Source of the DNA: an uncultured virus (IMG/VR IMGVR_UViG_3300042691_027194) | Lineage: Duplodnaviria; Heunggongvirae; Uroviricota; Caudoviricetes | IMG/VR virus record: IMGVR_UViG_3300042691_027194 | DNA length: 64,000 nucleotides | Direction: 5' to 3' (one strand) | Shown here: positions 9,319-20,500 of the stretch, one piece after another | Numbering within the stretch: the first letter of the stretch is position 1 | How the letters are laid out: every line of letters starts with the position of its first letter | Notes under the pieces: model-generated | What the model was told of the DNA's origin: nothing | The model's input: only the letters and a program-made list of their open reading frames with translations | Databases searched by the model: none | Made by a program: the position numbers and the translations under genes

Positions 9319-9615
9319 ATGATTTGGATGATAATATTAGTTGTAATACTGTTTGGTATTATAGGATATGCGGGATACCGTATTTGGTATCTAGCAGGAA
9401 CAACTGCCGATGCACAGGAATATATTGAAGATTTAGAAGTTACAAATCGTTACATGTATAGCAAAATTACAGAAGCTTATGATGTGATGCAACGCATAGA
9501 TCGTTTAGGTGCTTTTGAAAAAGATGATGAAGCAGGAACTACATTTCAACTATTAACTGAAGTAATTACCGAACTTAAAGAAACATTCGATGGCGAAGCG
9601 CAAGAAGAAAAGTAA
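9319..9615 (+). CDS. membrane-anchored hypothetical protein
   Basis: N-terminal hydrophobic helix MIWMIILVVILFGIIGYAGY. Confidence 0.65.
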   Translation: MIWMIILVVILFGIIGYAGYRIWYLAGTTADAQEYIEDLEVTNRYMYSKITEAYDVMQRIDRLGAFEKDDEAGTTFQLLTEVITELKETFDGEAQEEK

Positions 9616-10297
9616 TGTATACTTTACACGTATTACTGAGTTAGCAATACTAGGATATAATAAAACAGATAATCCTGTTCTCCGAGAAAAGATTTACAGA
9701 AGATTTATTTATCCGGCATTTATGAAAATGGCTGAAAATTTAATTAACACTGTAAAGCCAACTTATATTGATTCCACATTTGTTGATTTGCAAACCGATC
9801 TAGTTACATTTTTAACTGAACGATTAAACAAATTTAATCCAAATGCAGGAAAGGCATATTCATATTATACCAGAACATCATATAACTACCTAATAGGTGA
9901 AAATGAAAGAGCGTATAAAAAACGAAAAGCAGATGCATTGGAATTAAATATCGATGAACAACGCAATGTTATCATTGAAATGCATAATGATGAAATGCGG
10001 GAAGTATTAGAGTATTTCATGGATGCATATGTAGAATATTGTTATAACAACATAAATTATTTGTTTTCAAATTCCACTGATATACATGTCGCTGACTCCA
10101 TACTTCACATTTTTGAGAATCGAGAACACATTGAAGATTTCAATAAAAAACGTTTATATATTTTAATACGCGAACGAACGGGACTAGATGCATCACAAAC
10201 TAATGCAGTTACCAGAGTGGTTAAAGTATTAAAACAAATCTATGAAGACAACTTTAAAGAGTATGAACAAACAAACTTCGTAAATCTGCCTTTTTGA
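9590..10297 (+). CDS. putative phage sigma factor (T4 gp55-like, late transcription)
   Basis: Region-2-like LNKFNPNAGKAYSYYTRTSYNYLI; lies immediately upstream of the morphogenesis block. Confidence 0.65.
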   Translation: MAKRKKKSNVYFTRITELAILGYNKTDNPVLREKIYRRFIYPAFMKMAENLINTVKPTYIDSTFVDLQTDLVTFLTERLNKFNPNAGKAYSYYTRTSYNYLIGENERAYKKRKADALELNIDEQRNVIIEMHNDEMREVLEYFMDAYVEYCYNNINYLFSNSTDIHVADSILHIFENREHIEDFNKKRLYILIRERTGLDASQTNAVTRVVKVLKQIYEDNFKEYEQTNFVNLPF

Positions 10298-10305
10298 TAT
10301 TTATA
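10297..10305 (+). promoter_or_regulatory. putative late promoter ATATTTATA opening the baseplate operon
   Basis: Representative of about 20 copies; the others are listed in findings. Confidence 0.7.
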
Positions 10306-10322
10306 TTAAAGGAATTTACGTT

Positions 10323-10760
10323 ATGGATAAGAATGATGAACTATTCAAAGGAACTAGTTTTGCAGATTTAATGTCCGATGTTTATCACAATTCTAAAAAG
10401 AAAGATAGACAAATCAACCAACTTATTGCCCAGTTACAGCCATTAATAAAAAATGCATCAGACGCAACTATCATAGTTCCACTGATCAAAGAATATTTAG
10501 ATGTAGCAGTTAAAAATGATGACCACTTGGTTAAATTAACTGCTATTGTACAAAGATTCATTTCAACCAAACAGACTATTGCAGGTGCTGATGGTCTTTT
10601 AAGTGATGAAGAAAAACAACAACTATTAAAGGTTGCAGAAGCCACTCTGAGTTCCGAATTAGAAGATGAGTTAGAGCGAATTTCCGACGAAGAAACTGTT
10701 TTACAACAAAAAATTAATGATGTTAAAACAAAGATAGGAACTAGCGATGCCAATGGATAA
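10323..10760 (+). CDS. phage helical protein, function unknown
   Basis: 145-aa ORF after a late promoter, with AAGGA upstream. Confidence 0.65.
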   Translation: MDKNDELFKGTSFADLMSDVYHNSKKKDRQINQLIAQLQPLIKNASDATIIVPLIKEYLDVAVKNDDHLVKLTAIVQRFISTKQTIAGADGLLSDEEKQQLLKVAEATLSSELEDELERISDEETVLQQKINDVKTKIGTSDANG

Positions 10761-11802
10761 TCCAGATTATATCTTATTTGAAGTTGCAGAAGTTATTGAT
10801 ACTTTTGATGAAACTTATCGATATGAGACTGTAAATGGCGACCGGTTAGATGATCGATTATTCACAGTTCGTGTTCAAAGTGTTAATAGAATGACCAATA
10901 AACATGATATACGAACATGTAGGCCATTCAATAACAATATTAAGCAAATTCCTTTAGTAGGCGAACATGTATTAATATTCCGGGCGTATAATCAAGAAAC
11001 CACTCTGGATAATACCGGAATAGACTGGTATTATTTTTCTCCATACTCAATTTCATCAGGTGTAAATGAAAATTTCTTACCAGGAATCTCATATGGAGAT
11101 ACAATTACAGAAAGCGATGTTAAAAAAATCATACCAGGGAAAACATTCCAATCTAAAATTATATCGCCATTACAACCATTTGAAGGTGATTTAATGATTG
11201 AAGGTCGTTGGGGTAACAGTATCCGATTAGGAAGCACAGTACCTGACTCTGACCGGTATACATTGCAATCACCATGGTTAGGAGATGCAGTTGGTGATCC
11301 AATTATTATTCTTTCAAATAATCGAGAAAATAAAAAAGGCAAACAGTTTGTTACTGAAAACATTAAAACTGATGGAGCATCTCTGTACTTAACTAGTACA
11401 CAAAAAATTCCAGATTTACAATTTGGTGCACCTCGTAAGAAAAATTCATTAACATATTTTTATCCAAATGAATCTAATTACGCGCAGTCTCAATTTATTG
11501 GTACTGCTGATCGTATTGTGTTAAAAGCAAAAACTGATATTGCGGTAATAGATTCACCAAAAGGAATTGTGTTAAACACAACCGGCGAAGTTAAAATAGG
11601 TTCTGACACCGCAGATCAATCATTGGTACATGGAAATGTTTTATTAAACGTTCTTCAACAAATTTTAAATCAATTAAATATGCCAATTCAATGTGGTTCG
11701 ATGGCAGGTACGTTTCTAGATAAAAGTGCACTAACATCAGCACAAAATCAACTTCAAGAGTTGTTAAGTTCTAAATATTTCATACAAAAGAAAATATCAT
11801 AA
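10747..11802 (+). CDS. baseplate hub/spike protein (T4 gp5/VgrG-like OB fold, no lysozyme domain seen)
   Basis: IPLVGEHVLI and EGDLMIEGRWGNSIRLGS; beta-rich C-terminus; located before gp25/gp6. Confidence 0.6.
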   Translation: MPMDNPDYILFEVAEVIDTFDETYRYETVNGDRLDDRLFTVRVQSVNRMTNKHDIRTCRPFNNNIKQIPLVGEHVLIFRAYNQETTLDNTGIDWYYFSPYSISSGVNENFLPGISYGDTITESDVKKIIPGKTFQSKIISPLQPFEGDLMIEGRWGNSIRLGSTVPDSDRYTLQSPWLGDAVGDPIIILSNNRENKKGKQFVTENIKTDGASLYLTSTQKIPDLQFGAPRKKNSLTYFYPNESNYAQSQFIGTADRIVLKAKTDIAVIDSPKGIVLNTTGEVKIGSDTADQSLVHGNVLLNVLQQILNQLNMPIQCGSMAGTFLDKSALTSAQNQLQELLSSKYFIQKKIS

Positions 11803-11803
11803 T

Positions 11804-12631
11804 ATGAGTGCAATAGTTCCACCATTAGATTTTATACCTAAACTGCCATCGATAGCAGTAACGGAAACCATTAAACAGGTTAACAAACAAACCGATGTGT
11901 TGTTACAAACTGTTACTACTACGGTTACTGATTCTATAAAACTAGCAACGAATGTTAAATGCGATGATCCTAGAATGAAAAAAATTAAAGAACAGTTAGC
12001 TCAAGTTCAGGAACAAATTACAAAGATACAAGAAACTATACCTAAAATACAAACTACGATTAACACAGTTAAACAAATTGTTAATACGGCTGTTGCTATC
12101 AAAGCTGCAATATCTGCAGCACAATTATCAAATCCAGCAACTGCTGCGGTATTTATTGCAACGCAATTAACTTTAATTCAAGATGCTACAATTGTTAATG
12201 CATTAGAATCTTTAAAACAATTTGAGCAAGTTCCACCAGCATTAACAGCAAAAATACAAACCGTTATTCCTCCTATATTATCAGCATTGCAACGAGTAGA
12301 AGGAGCTTGTGGTGAGAATACTCCGGAGGTTTCTATTCCTGAAAATTTATTAGGAGATTCAGATATTCAAGATTATAACGATCTTGTTGATACCGAGTTT
12401 TATACTGAAGATAACGTAAATTCAAAAGACTTATCAGATCGATCTGATTTAATTCAACAAATATTACAGCAGCAACAAGATTTATTACAATCACTGCAAG
12501 AAGCTCCAAGTTTGGTATATCGTGGCAACGGTTTACCAGATCCGAACTTAGGAAAACCTGGCGATTATTATGTTGATTTAGATACACAAGCTATAATCGG
12601 TCCTAAGGTATCATATACCGCTTGGATTTAA
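11804..12631 (+). CDS. coiled-coil structural protein
   Basis: Q/K-rich heptads; C-terminal GNGLPDPNLGKPGDYYVD motif of the type seen in fibre proteins. Confidence 0.55.
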   Translation: MSAIVPPLDFIPKLPSIAVTETIKQVNKQTDVLLQTVTTTVTDSIKLATNVKCDDPRMKKIKEQLAQVQEQITKIQETIPKIQTTINTVKQIVNTAVAIKAAISAAQLSNPATAAVFIATQLTLIQDATIVNALESLKQFEQVPPALTAKIQTVIPPILSALQRVEGACGENTPEVSIPENLLGDSDIQDYNDLVDTEFYTEDNVNSKDLSDRSDLIQQILQQQQDLLQSLQEAPSLVYRGNGLPDPNLGKPGDYYVDLDTQAIIGPKVSYTAWI

Positions 12632-12674
12632 TTACATTTTATACATGTTTATATTTATTAATAAATAATATCAT

Positions 12675-13181
12675 ATGGATAGTAAAACACTTATACAAGC
12701 ACTAAAACGGGTGGTACGAGAAGAAGTACGTTCGGTTATTCAGGAAGAATTAACCGAAATTCTTCGCGAAGGATTACAGAAAACGATTACTGAAATGAAA
12801 CGTCCTGTAAAACCACATAATGTATCACGCCAGCAAAACACGCCGACAAAGAAGAAACCAATGTTTGAAGATAATCGTTGGGCATCGGTATTAAATGAAA
12901 CAGATCCATTGTCAGAACAACAACCGTTAGCAATGAATAGTTTCAAAGATATGATGAATGAAAGTTTTGACGAAATTCGAATGACATCAGCAGATGCTAT
13001 TGGATTCGGTGCAATGCGTCAAAACATGAAAGAATCTTTAGGTATGGCACCGACTGCCCCAAAAGTAATGGAAGATCCAGAAACTGGTAAAGTGTATGAA
13101 GTTGATCCTACAGTAGCAGCTGCAATGACTCGAGATTATTCTGCCATGATGAAAGCAATTGATAAGAAAAAAGGTATGTAA
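12675..13181 (+). CDS. hypothetical protein, probably head-associated
   Basis: Multiple [LIV]xE sites (VVREE, LTE, ITE, LNE, MNE); ATATTTATT at 12651. Confidence 0.55.
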   Translation: MDSKTLIQALKRVVREEVRSVIQEELTEILREGLQKTITEMKRPVKPHNVSRQQNTPTKKKPMFEDNRWASVLNETDPLSEQQPLAMNSFKDMMNESFDEIRMTSADAIGFGAMRQNMKESLGMAPTAPKVMEDPETGKVYEVDPTVAAAMTRDYSAMMKAIDKKKGM

Positions 13182-13621
13182 TGTCATATAAAATTGAAAC
13201 GGTAACCGCAAACGATACAACAAATTTAGTTGGTTTAGGAATTAAATTGCCGTTCAATGGTACTGGAGTTTTTTCTATAAATTACGATAATAATTCTCAG
13301 GCAACTGCGAATTTTAAAAATCTGTTATTAACCAGAAAAGGTGAACGATATGAGCAACCTAGATTTGGTACGGATTTATTGAACGCATTGTTTGAACCAA
13401 TGACTGATATAACAGAACAACGAATTGTTACTACTATACGTGATGCGGTTTCATATTGGTTACCTTACATAACCTTAGACAATGTAGATGTAGAATTTAA
13501 TCAAAGCGATGCTATTTTAAATTACACAGTTAAAGTTTCAATAACATATTCTATCAGTGAAATCGAAACAAATACAATTGTTATTTTTGCAAATGAAAAT
13601 GGCGTAATTCGGATTGAATAA
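13181..13621 (+). CDS. baseplate wedge subunit, T4 gp25-like
   Basis: NLLLTRKGER..QPRFGTDL...LFEP and WLPYI motifs. Confidence 0.9.
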   Translation: MSYKIETVTANDTTNLVGLGIKLPFNGTGVFSINYDNNSQATANFKNLLLTRKGERYEQPRFGTDLLNALFEPMTDITEQRIVTTIRDAVSYWLPYITLDNVDVEFNQSDAILNYTVKVSITYSISEIETNTIVIFANENGVIRIE

Positions 13622-13623
13622 AC

Positions 13624-15504
13624 ATGAATACAAAAAAAGAAATATCATATCTAGGAAAAGATTTTGGTCAATTTAGAAAAAACTTAATTGACTTTACCAA
13701 ACAGTACTTTCCAGATACATACACTGATTTCAATGAATCATCGCCTGGCATGATTTTTATTGAGATGGCATCCTATATAGGGGATGTTTTATCATACTAT
13801 GCAGATTCTAATTTAAAGGAGTCGTTGCTTGAACAAGCATCTGAACGAGCTAACATATTTGATTTAGCTAAGTCTTTAGGATATACTCCTAAAAATGCTG
13901 TTCCTGCATATGCAACTATGGATGTGTTTCAATTATTGCCAGCAATTGGTTCCGGTGCAAATATTGCCCCTGATTATAACTATGCGTTGTCAATTAAACC
14001 TGGGTTTCAGGTAAAACAAGAAGATGGTGCTGCAGAATTCCGTACTCTGGATTCGGTGGATTTTGCATACTCATCATCGTCAGACCCAACAGAAGTAACC
14101 GTATACGAAACTGATGATGCAACCAATTTACCGGTATATTATCTTTTAAAGAAAACGGTTAAAGCAGTTAGTGGTACAGTAAAAACATCACAATTCACAT
14201 TCAACTCTCCAATTGCTTATGATAAAATTGTGTTATCTGATACAAATATCATTGAAATTGTTTCAGTTGAAGAATCAGATGGTGATAATTGGTATGAAGT
14301 TCCATACTTGGCTCAAGATACAATATTTGAAGCTGTTCCAAATCTATTAGAAAACGATCCAGATTTAAATGCATACAGGTCATCTGCTCCTAGTTTATTA
14401 AAAATGAAACGCACCGCAAAACGTTTTATAACTAGATTACGAAGTGACAATAAATTAGAATTACAGTTTGGAGCTGGTATTTCTGATAACAATGATGAAG
14501 AAATTATACCAAACCCAACAAATGTAGGTAATGGATTATCTACGGTTAGAAAAGGTGTAGATATTGATATTGACCCATCTAATTTTTTATATACTAGAAC
14601 ATATGGTCAAGCTCCTGCTAATACTACATTAACTGTAACATATGTGGTTGGAAATGGAATTGAGGATAACGTTGCTGCAAACAAATTAAAAGTTATTAAA
14701 TTCATTGAATACAATGATGATGTAAATTCTACCATTTCAAATTCAATGGTTAACTTTATTAAAAGTTCAATTGCAGTTAATAATCCAGATCCAGCGTCAG
14801 GTGCTAAAACTGCAGAAACTTTGCAAGATATTAAAAATAATGCATTAGCAAATTTTGCAGCACAAAATAGATCAGTAACGCGTGAAGATTACATTATACG
14901 AGCTTATTCGATGCCAGCAAAATACGGCAGTGTTTCAAAAGCGTATATTGTACCAGATGATCAAATTACTCAGCAATCATATGAGACATCTAGAATACCA
15001 AATCCATTTGCATTGAACATGTATGTTTTAGGATACAATCAATCAAAACAATTGGTACAACTAAATCAAGCAATAAAAGAAAACTTGAAAACGTATCTGA
15101 ATTTTTACCGGATACTCACGGATGCGTTAAATATTAAAGATGCATTTATTATTAATATCGGTGTAGACTTTGAAATTTCAGTGCTTCCAAATTATAATAG
15201 CAACGATGTTTTGTTGCGTTGTATTGCTGAATTAAAATCATATTTTGATATTGATAAATGGCAAATAAATCAGCCAGTTGTAAAATCAGATATTTCTACT
15301 ACATTAGCCAATGTAAAAGGAGTACAATCTGTAATCGGTGTTCAATTTAAAAACTTATACGACACATTACAAAACTATTCCGGCAACGTATATGATTTAA
15401 CAACTGCTACTAGAAATGGTGTTATTTATCCATCATTGGATCCTAGTATATTCGAAGTTAAATTTCCTAATCAGGATATACGCGGTCGTGTAGTAAATTA
15501 TTAA
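13624..15504 (+). CDS. baseplate wedge subunit, T4 gp6-like
   Basis: DFGQFRKNL, DFNESSPGM, LSYYAD and AQNRSVTREDY motifs. Confidence 0.9.
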   Translation: MNTKKEISYLGKDFGQFRKNLIDFTKQYFPDTYTDFNESSPGMIFIEMASYIGDVLSYYADSNLKESLLEQASERANIFDLAKSLGYTPKNAVPAYATMDVFQLLPAIGSGANIAPDYNYALSIKPGFQVKQEDGAAEFRTLDSVDFAYSSSSDPTEVTVYETDDATNLPVYYLLKKTVKAVSGTVKTSQFTFNSPIAYDKIVLSDTNIIEIVSVEESDGDNWYEVPYLAQDTIFEAVPNLLENDPDLNAYRSSAPSLLKMKRTAKRFITRLRSDNKLELQFGAGISDNNDEEIIPNPTNVGNGLSTVRKGVDIDIDPSNFLYTRTYGQAPANTTLTVTYVVGNGIEDNVAANKLKVIKFIEYNDDVNSTISNSMVNFIKSSIAVNNPDPASGAKTAETLQDIKNNALANFAAQNRSVTREDYIIRAYSMPAKYGSVSKAYIVPDDQITQQSYETSRIPNPFALNMYVLGYNQSKQLVQLNQAIKENLKTYLNFYRILTDALNIKDAFIINIGVDFEISVLPNYNSNDVLLRCIAELKSYFDIDKWQINQPVVKSDISTTLANVKGVQSVIGVQFKNLYDTLQNYSGNVYDLTTATRNGVIYPSLDPSIFEVKFPNQDIRGRVVNY

Positions 15505-15513
15505 GGATAATTC

Positions 15514-16632
15514 ATGTTTAAAATATTTTATGCTGAAAAAGACACTACGTTGTATGAGCAAACTCCGGCTTATAACTATGGTCTAGATGAACTTTTAGAA
15601 ATTGGTAAACATCTAGATGATGAAGGTTCTACATATCTAAAATCTAGATCCGTGCTTAAGTTTGATATGACTGAAGTTTCAGCATCATTGTCAAAATATG
15701 GAAAAACTGTTAATGATTGTAAATTCATGTTACAGTTATATACATCCCATGCAAAAAATTTATCATCAGAATATGATATTTGTGCAAAACTAGTTGCTCA
15801 AAATTGGATTAATGGTACTGGTGCATCAAGTGGTGTAAACATCGACGGTGCATCATGGACAGGACCAATGTCGGGTAGTACATGGATATCGAGTAGTCAA
15901 AACATACAAATTGGCACAAGCACACTATACACTTCTGGAAGCGGGGGTGGCGGATCTTGGATGTTCCAATCAGCATCTGCTGGTTCTACATCGGGCCTAA
16001 TAACATCAGAATCATTTTCATATCGTACTACTGATATTAATATGGATGTTACAGATGCGGTAAAAATTTGGCTGAGTGGTTCCGGTGGTGCTACTATTCC
16101 TAATCATGGATTTTTATTGCAATTTTCAGATGCATATGAAGCCTCAGGTTCATTAGCTGGGTATATACGATATTTTAGTCGTGAAACCCATACTATATAT
16201 GTTCCTAGATTAACTATGTACTGGGATAACAGCACTTTTACAACGGGTTCATTAACAGCATTAGACACTGAGTCATATACAACTTATACACGCGTTAAAC
16301 CTACGTATAAAGATACAGAAATTGCTAAAATTAGAATATTTGGTCGAGATAAATTTCCTAGAAAATCACCGACTAATCTGTTTCCTATAGAAACGGTTAA
16401 GTATTTACCATCTACTACATACTACTCAGTTTTAGATGCCGCTACAGATGAGGTCATAATTCCGTACGACAATATTTATACTAAAGTGAGTTGCGATTCA
16501 ACCAGCAATTTTATTTATTTAGATTTGAACGGTTTTATGCCAGAACGATATTATCGTTTAGAATTAAAAATTGTAAGTGGCATTGAAGAACAATATATCA
16601 CCGATCAGATATATTTTAAAGTAGTTAGATAA
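15514..16632 (+). CDS. baseplate/virion structural protein
   Basis: Beta-rich; DVTDAVKIW..NHGFLL..F.SRE..Y.PRL pattern; in the baseplate operon. Confidence 0.6.
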   Translation: MFKIFYAEKDTTLYEQTPAYNYGLDELLEIGKHLDDEGSTYLKSRSVLKFDMTEVSASLSKYGKTVNDCKFMLQLYTSHAKNLSSEYDICAKLVAQNWINGTGASSGVNIDGASWTGPMSGSTWISSSQNIQIGTSTLYTSGSGGGGSWMFQSASAGSTSGLITSESFSYRTTDINMDVTDAVKIWLSGSGGATIPNHGFLLQFSDAYEASGSLAGYIRYFSRETHTIYVPRLTMYWDNSTFTTGSLTALDTESYTTYTRVKPTYKDTEIAKIRIFGRDKFPRKSPTNLFPIETVKYLPSTTYYSVLDAATDEVIIPYDNIYTKVSCDSTSNFIYLDLNGFMPERYYRLELKIVSGIEEQYITDQIYFKVVR

Positions 16633-17504
16633 TGAATATTACAGATATTAAAACGACACAACTATTAGTCGACCCGATTAACTTCAGAACCGAATCACCC
16701 TATCGGTTGAACGGGTTAACTGTTATGTCAAACAATCCAAACATTGTTAGTCGGGACGACCGCGGAAATATCATATTGCAAGAAGCTAAAGAAGATAATC
16801 AACTTCTAATTATAGAAACTGTTCGTAAACAAATACAAAAAAGATCCTTTTTAGATGCAGTTGATACAAATTTTGAATATTTTAGTTTTCCTGCTACTAT
16901 TAGACCATCTGCTGCAGATGTAAATATTAATATTGAATTGGAGCAAGATCCGATATACGCACGATATAAACCTAGCGAAAACAGAGTTATTAATGCCGGA
17001 GGAATACCGTCTGGAATACTAATGGATGCTGTCGTAGAAGGGGCTATTCAAACTGTTACAAATACGTATTATATTACGAAAGAAATTAAAAATTCGGGTG
17101 CGGATCTTCGAATACGAGTTAAAGTTGCACATTACTTTTTATCTACCGGGTTAGGTGATGTATATGGAACAGCATATTTTACTATAATGCGGGGTGGCCC
17201 AGAAAAACCACTTAATCGATATTATAGACCTATACAAACCGATAGTGGTGGTGCTGAAACATATGCAAATGGTAGAACGGTGCCAAGCGGCGACTATGTG
17301 TTTGGTGCAATTGCACCAGGTGAAACTCAAAATTTATTTATAGATGAAATAATTTCAAATTCAGAATTTGAAATTGGAGATTCTTTTGGTATCGGTGCTT
17401 TTGCAGGACAACCGGATCGACATACAATATTTTCAGAACAAACATATATGGTTGTAACTGATGCTAGTAAGAATGTGGACGAATGGAATCAGCCGATTGA
17501 ATAA
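16632..17504 (+). CDS. putative structural protein
   Basis: Translationally coupled within the baseplate operon. Confidence 0.55.
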   Translation: MNITDIKTTQLLVDPINFRTESPYRLNGLTVMSNNPNIVSRDDRGNIILQEAKEDNQLLIIETVRKQIQKRSFLDAVDTNFEYFSFPATIRPSAADVNINIELEQDPIYARYKPSENRVINAGGIPSGILMDAVVEGAIQTVTNTYYITKEIKNSGADLRIRVKVAHYFLSTGLGDVYGTAYFTIMRGGPEKPLNRYYRPIQTDSGGAETYANGRTVPSGDYVFGAIAPGETQNLFIDEIISNSEFEIGDSFGIGAFAGQPDRHTIFSEQTYMVVTDASKNVDEWNQPIE

Positions 17505-17506
17505 GC

Positions 17507-20500
17507 ATGTTAACTCAATATAAAAATATCAGTGATATTCAATCAGCAACGGGATCGTTAGCTGCTAGTCGTTTCTTGGAAGAACACTCATCACAATTCA
17601 ATGTATCAATAAAACCAAATCCGGATATAATAAAACCAGATGCGTCAGATATTATTGAAATGCATATATACGGTGATCAAACCTGGATAACGGGTAATCA
17701 CTCAGTACAACCTGTATATCAAATTCCTAGATATTATGATCGAACTACTGGTCGTGAAATAAAGTTTAACGGCGTACCGGTTGGAATTAATCTTTATAAA
17801 GAATTTGAAAATCTACGATTAACATCTGGTAAATTTCGTGTTGTTTTAAACTTCTTCAAGAATTTAATTGGTAGTTATGAAAAACCATATTTAAAGATTG
17901 TTGAAATTTCTGCAGATCGTACAGAGATATTGTTAAAACCTACACAAGCAACCAATGCAGAATTTCAAGATCAATTAATTGACTTTGCAGATCGTCCTAG
18001 ACAAACTAGTGCTCGTGGTGGTCAATATTATGATTTTTACATATTAAATTTTAGCAGAAATCAAACTTCATTAATTGTTAATACAGTTGTAATTGAAGAT
18101 AGTATATATGTTAAATTGTATGAACCATTACCAAAAAACATTTTAGAAAATTTTAAATGTTGGATTGCTCAAGAACAAAAAGAGCCATTTGTTGATAATG
18201 TTTATATAAATGCAAAAGAAATTGAAATTGAACAAAATGTATTAGCTGGTCCTAACTGGTATGCAAATTATTCATACAATACTTCAACAACTACTGGATT
18301 AAAAAATTGGACTGATTTACTCGGGTCATCGATTAATACATCACAGCAAATTGTCGATTCATATTTTTCTGGAAGTTTATCCGGAGTAAAATTAAACATT
18401 GATTATTCAGATTTTAATAATTTTGTATTCTATAGTTCAGCAACAGAACGTTTAGAAAATTTCAGATACAAATTATCATTAGTTGAATACTATAATTCAC
18501 AATCTGCGGCAATCGCATTAATATCGGGTAGTGTTGCAACTACTAATGCCGCAGATTATACATTGCAAAAAACAAATTTAATTGGTGGATTTGATGATTT
18601 TGAAAAGTATTTATACTATCAGTCATCGTCAATGATTTTTACTTATCCTGTGCCACATGAATCACCAAATGTAGCCAGAATCACCGGCAGTTATTTGACG
18701 CCGGCACCGAAATCAAATTCGACATATCCATTTGCATTATACCCATTAACTAGTAGTCAATTTACTACATGGTTTGATTCAATGTATTCATACGCGACCG
18801 CATACGATACATTTAATTTAAATTCATTGATCCGCACAGTACCTGAATATATTAGATATGATGAGAATAATGTGGCAATGGAAACATTTGTTAATATGCT
18901 TGGGCATCATTATGATATACTTTACACGTATATCAATCATATGTCTCAAATTAACAAACGAGAAGAAAATCCTAAATTAGGTATGCCAAATGAATTGCTA
19001 TATTCCGTAGCAAAACAATTTGGTTGGAACTTAACCGACGGTAATCAATATCAAGATTTATGGCAGTATGTATTAGGTACATCAGAAGCAGGAATACCGC
19101 TTACCGGGTCAAATTCAGTAGGTGATCCGTCAGTATCTGGCCAGAATATGACATACGCAGTTTGGCGTCGCATTGTTAATAACTTGCCATTACTATTAAA
19201 ATCAAAAGGTACTAAACGAAGCATACAAGCATTGTTGTCTTGTTATGGTATTCCACAATCACTTATTACAATTAAAGAATATGGCGGTCCTAGAATTGAA
19301 CGTGCACCGGTATATGAAAAATTAAATTTTGATTATGCATTAGATTTAATTACAAATACAGCTGGTACTGTCACAACTAATTATTCGGGATCAATTGATT
19401 CAATTGAACTTCGTTTCCGAACTGATGATGTTATTACAAATCCAACTATGCCAAGCACAATGAATTTGTTTAAGGTTGGTAATAATGCAGTGACATTAGA
19501 TTATACGTCTGGGACACGTGGAACTATACAAATTAATGGTACTGGGTCAAATTCTATTGAATTGTTTGATGGTGGCTGGTTAAATTTAATGTTAAAAACA
19601 AATGGCAGCAATTTAGAAATTTTAGCAAAACGAGCTAAATATGGTAAAATTGTTGCAGCAGCTTCAGCATCTACAGTAGCATCATTACCTGGATCTGGAT
19701 CAATTATATTTGGTGATACTAGTACTGGGGCGTCGAGATTAGTAGGACAATTACAAGAATTCAGAATATGGAATTATCCAATTTCTAATACATCATTTGA
19801 TAATCACGTTAAAGCTCCTGGAGCATATGATTCGTTAGATGCGTATAATGAACTAGTTTATCGTTTACCGTTGAATCAAAATATTAATCATGCTACAACT
19901 GCTAGTTTATTCGGGATACAACCTAAGGCATCTACAATATCATCATCATTTAGCGGATGGACGAATAATATACCATATGATTCTATAGAAGAAACGTACT
20001 ACTATGATGCGGTATCAATTGGTGCTGGCACATATGATGATAACAAAGTACGTATTGAAAACAATGTATTAGTAGGTACATTAGATATAAAAACTAGAGC
20101 AGAACGTAGTCAATATGATGTTGCTCCAATTGATAGTAAAAAACTAGGAGTATATTTTTCTCCACAAACAATGATCGATGAAGATATCATTGCACAATTA
20201 GGTTTTATTGATTTAGATAATTATATCGGTGATCCGGGAGATATTAATTCTGATTCATATGATAGTTTAACGCAGTTTGCAGAATCATATTGGAAAAAGT
20301 ATCAACAAGCTACAGATATTAATTCGTATATAAAAATGTTTACATTGTTTGACTTATCATTCTTCAAACAATTAGAACAATTATTGCCAGCACGTGTTGA
20401 TGAATTACTCGGCGTATTAATACAGCCTAATATATTAGAAAGAAATAAAACATCTATACTTCCGGAGATACGTATTCATGATAATTCATATTATGCTGAA

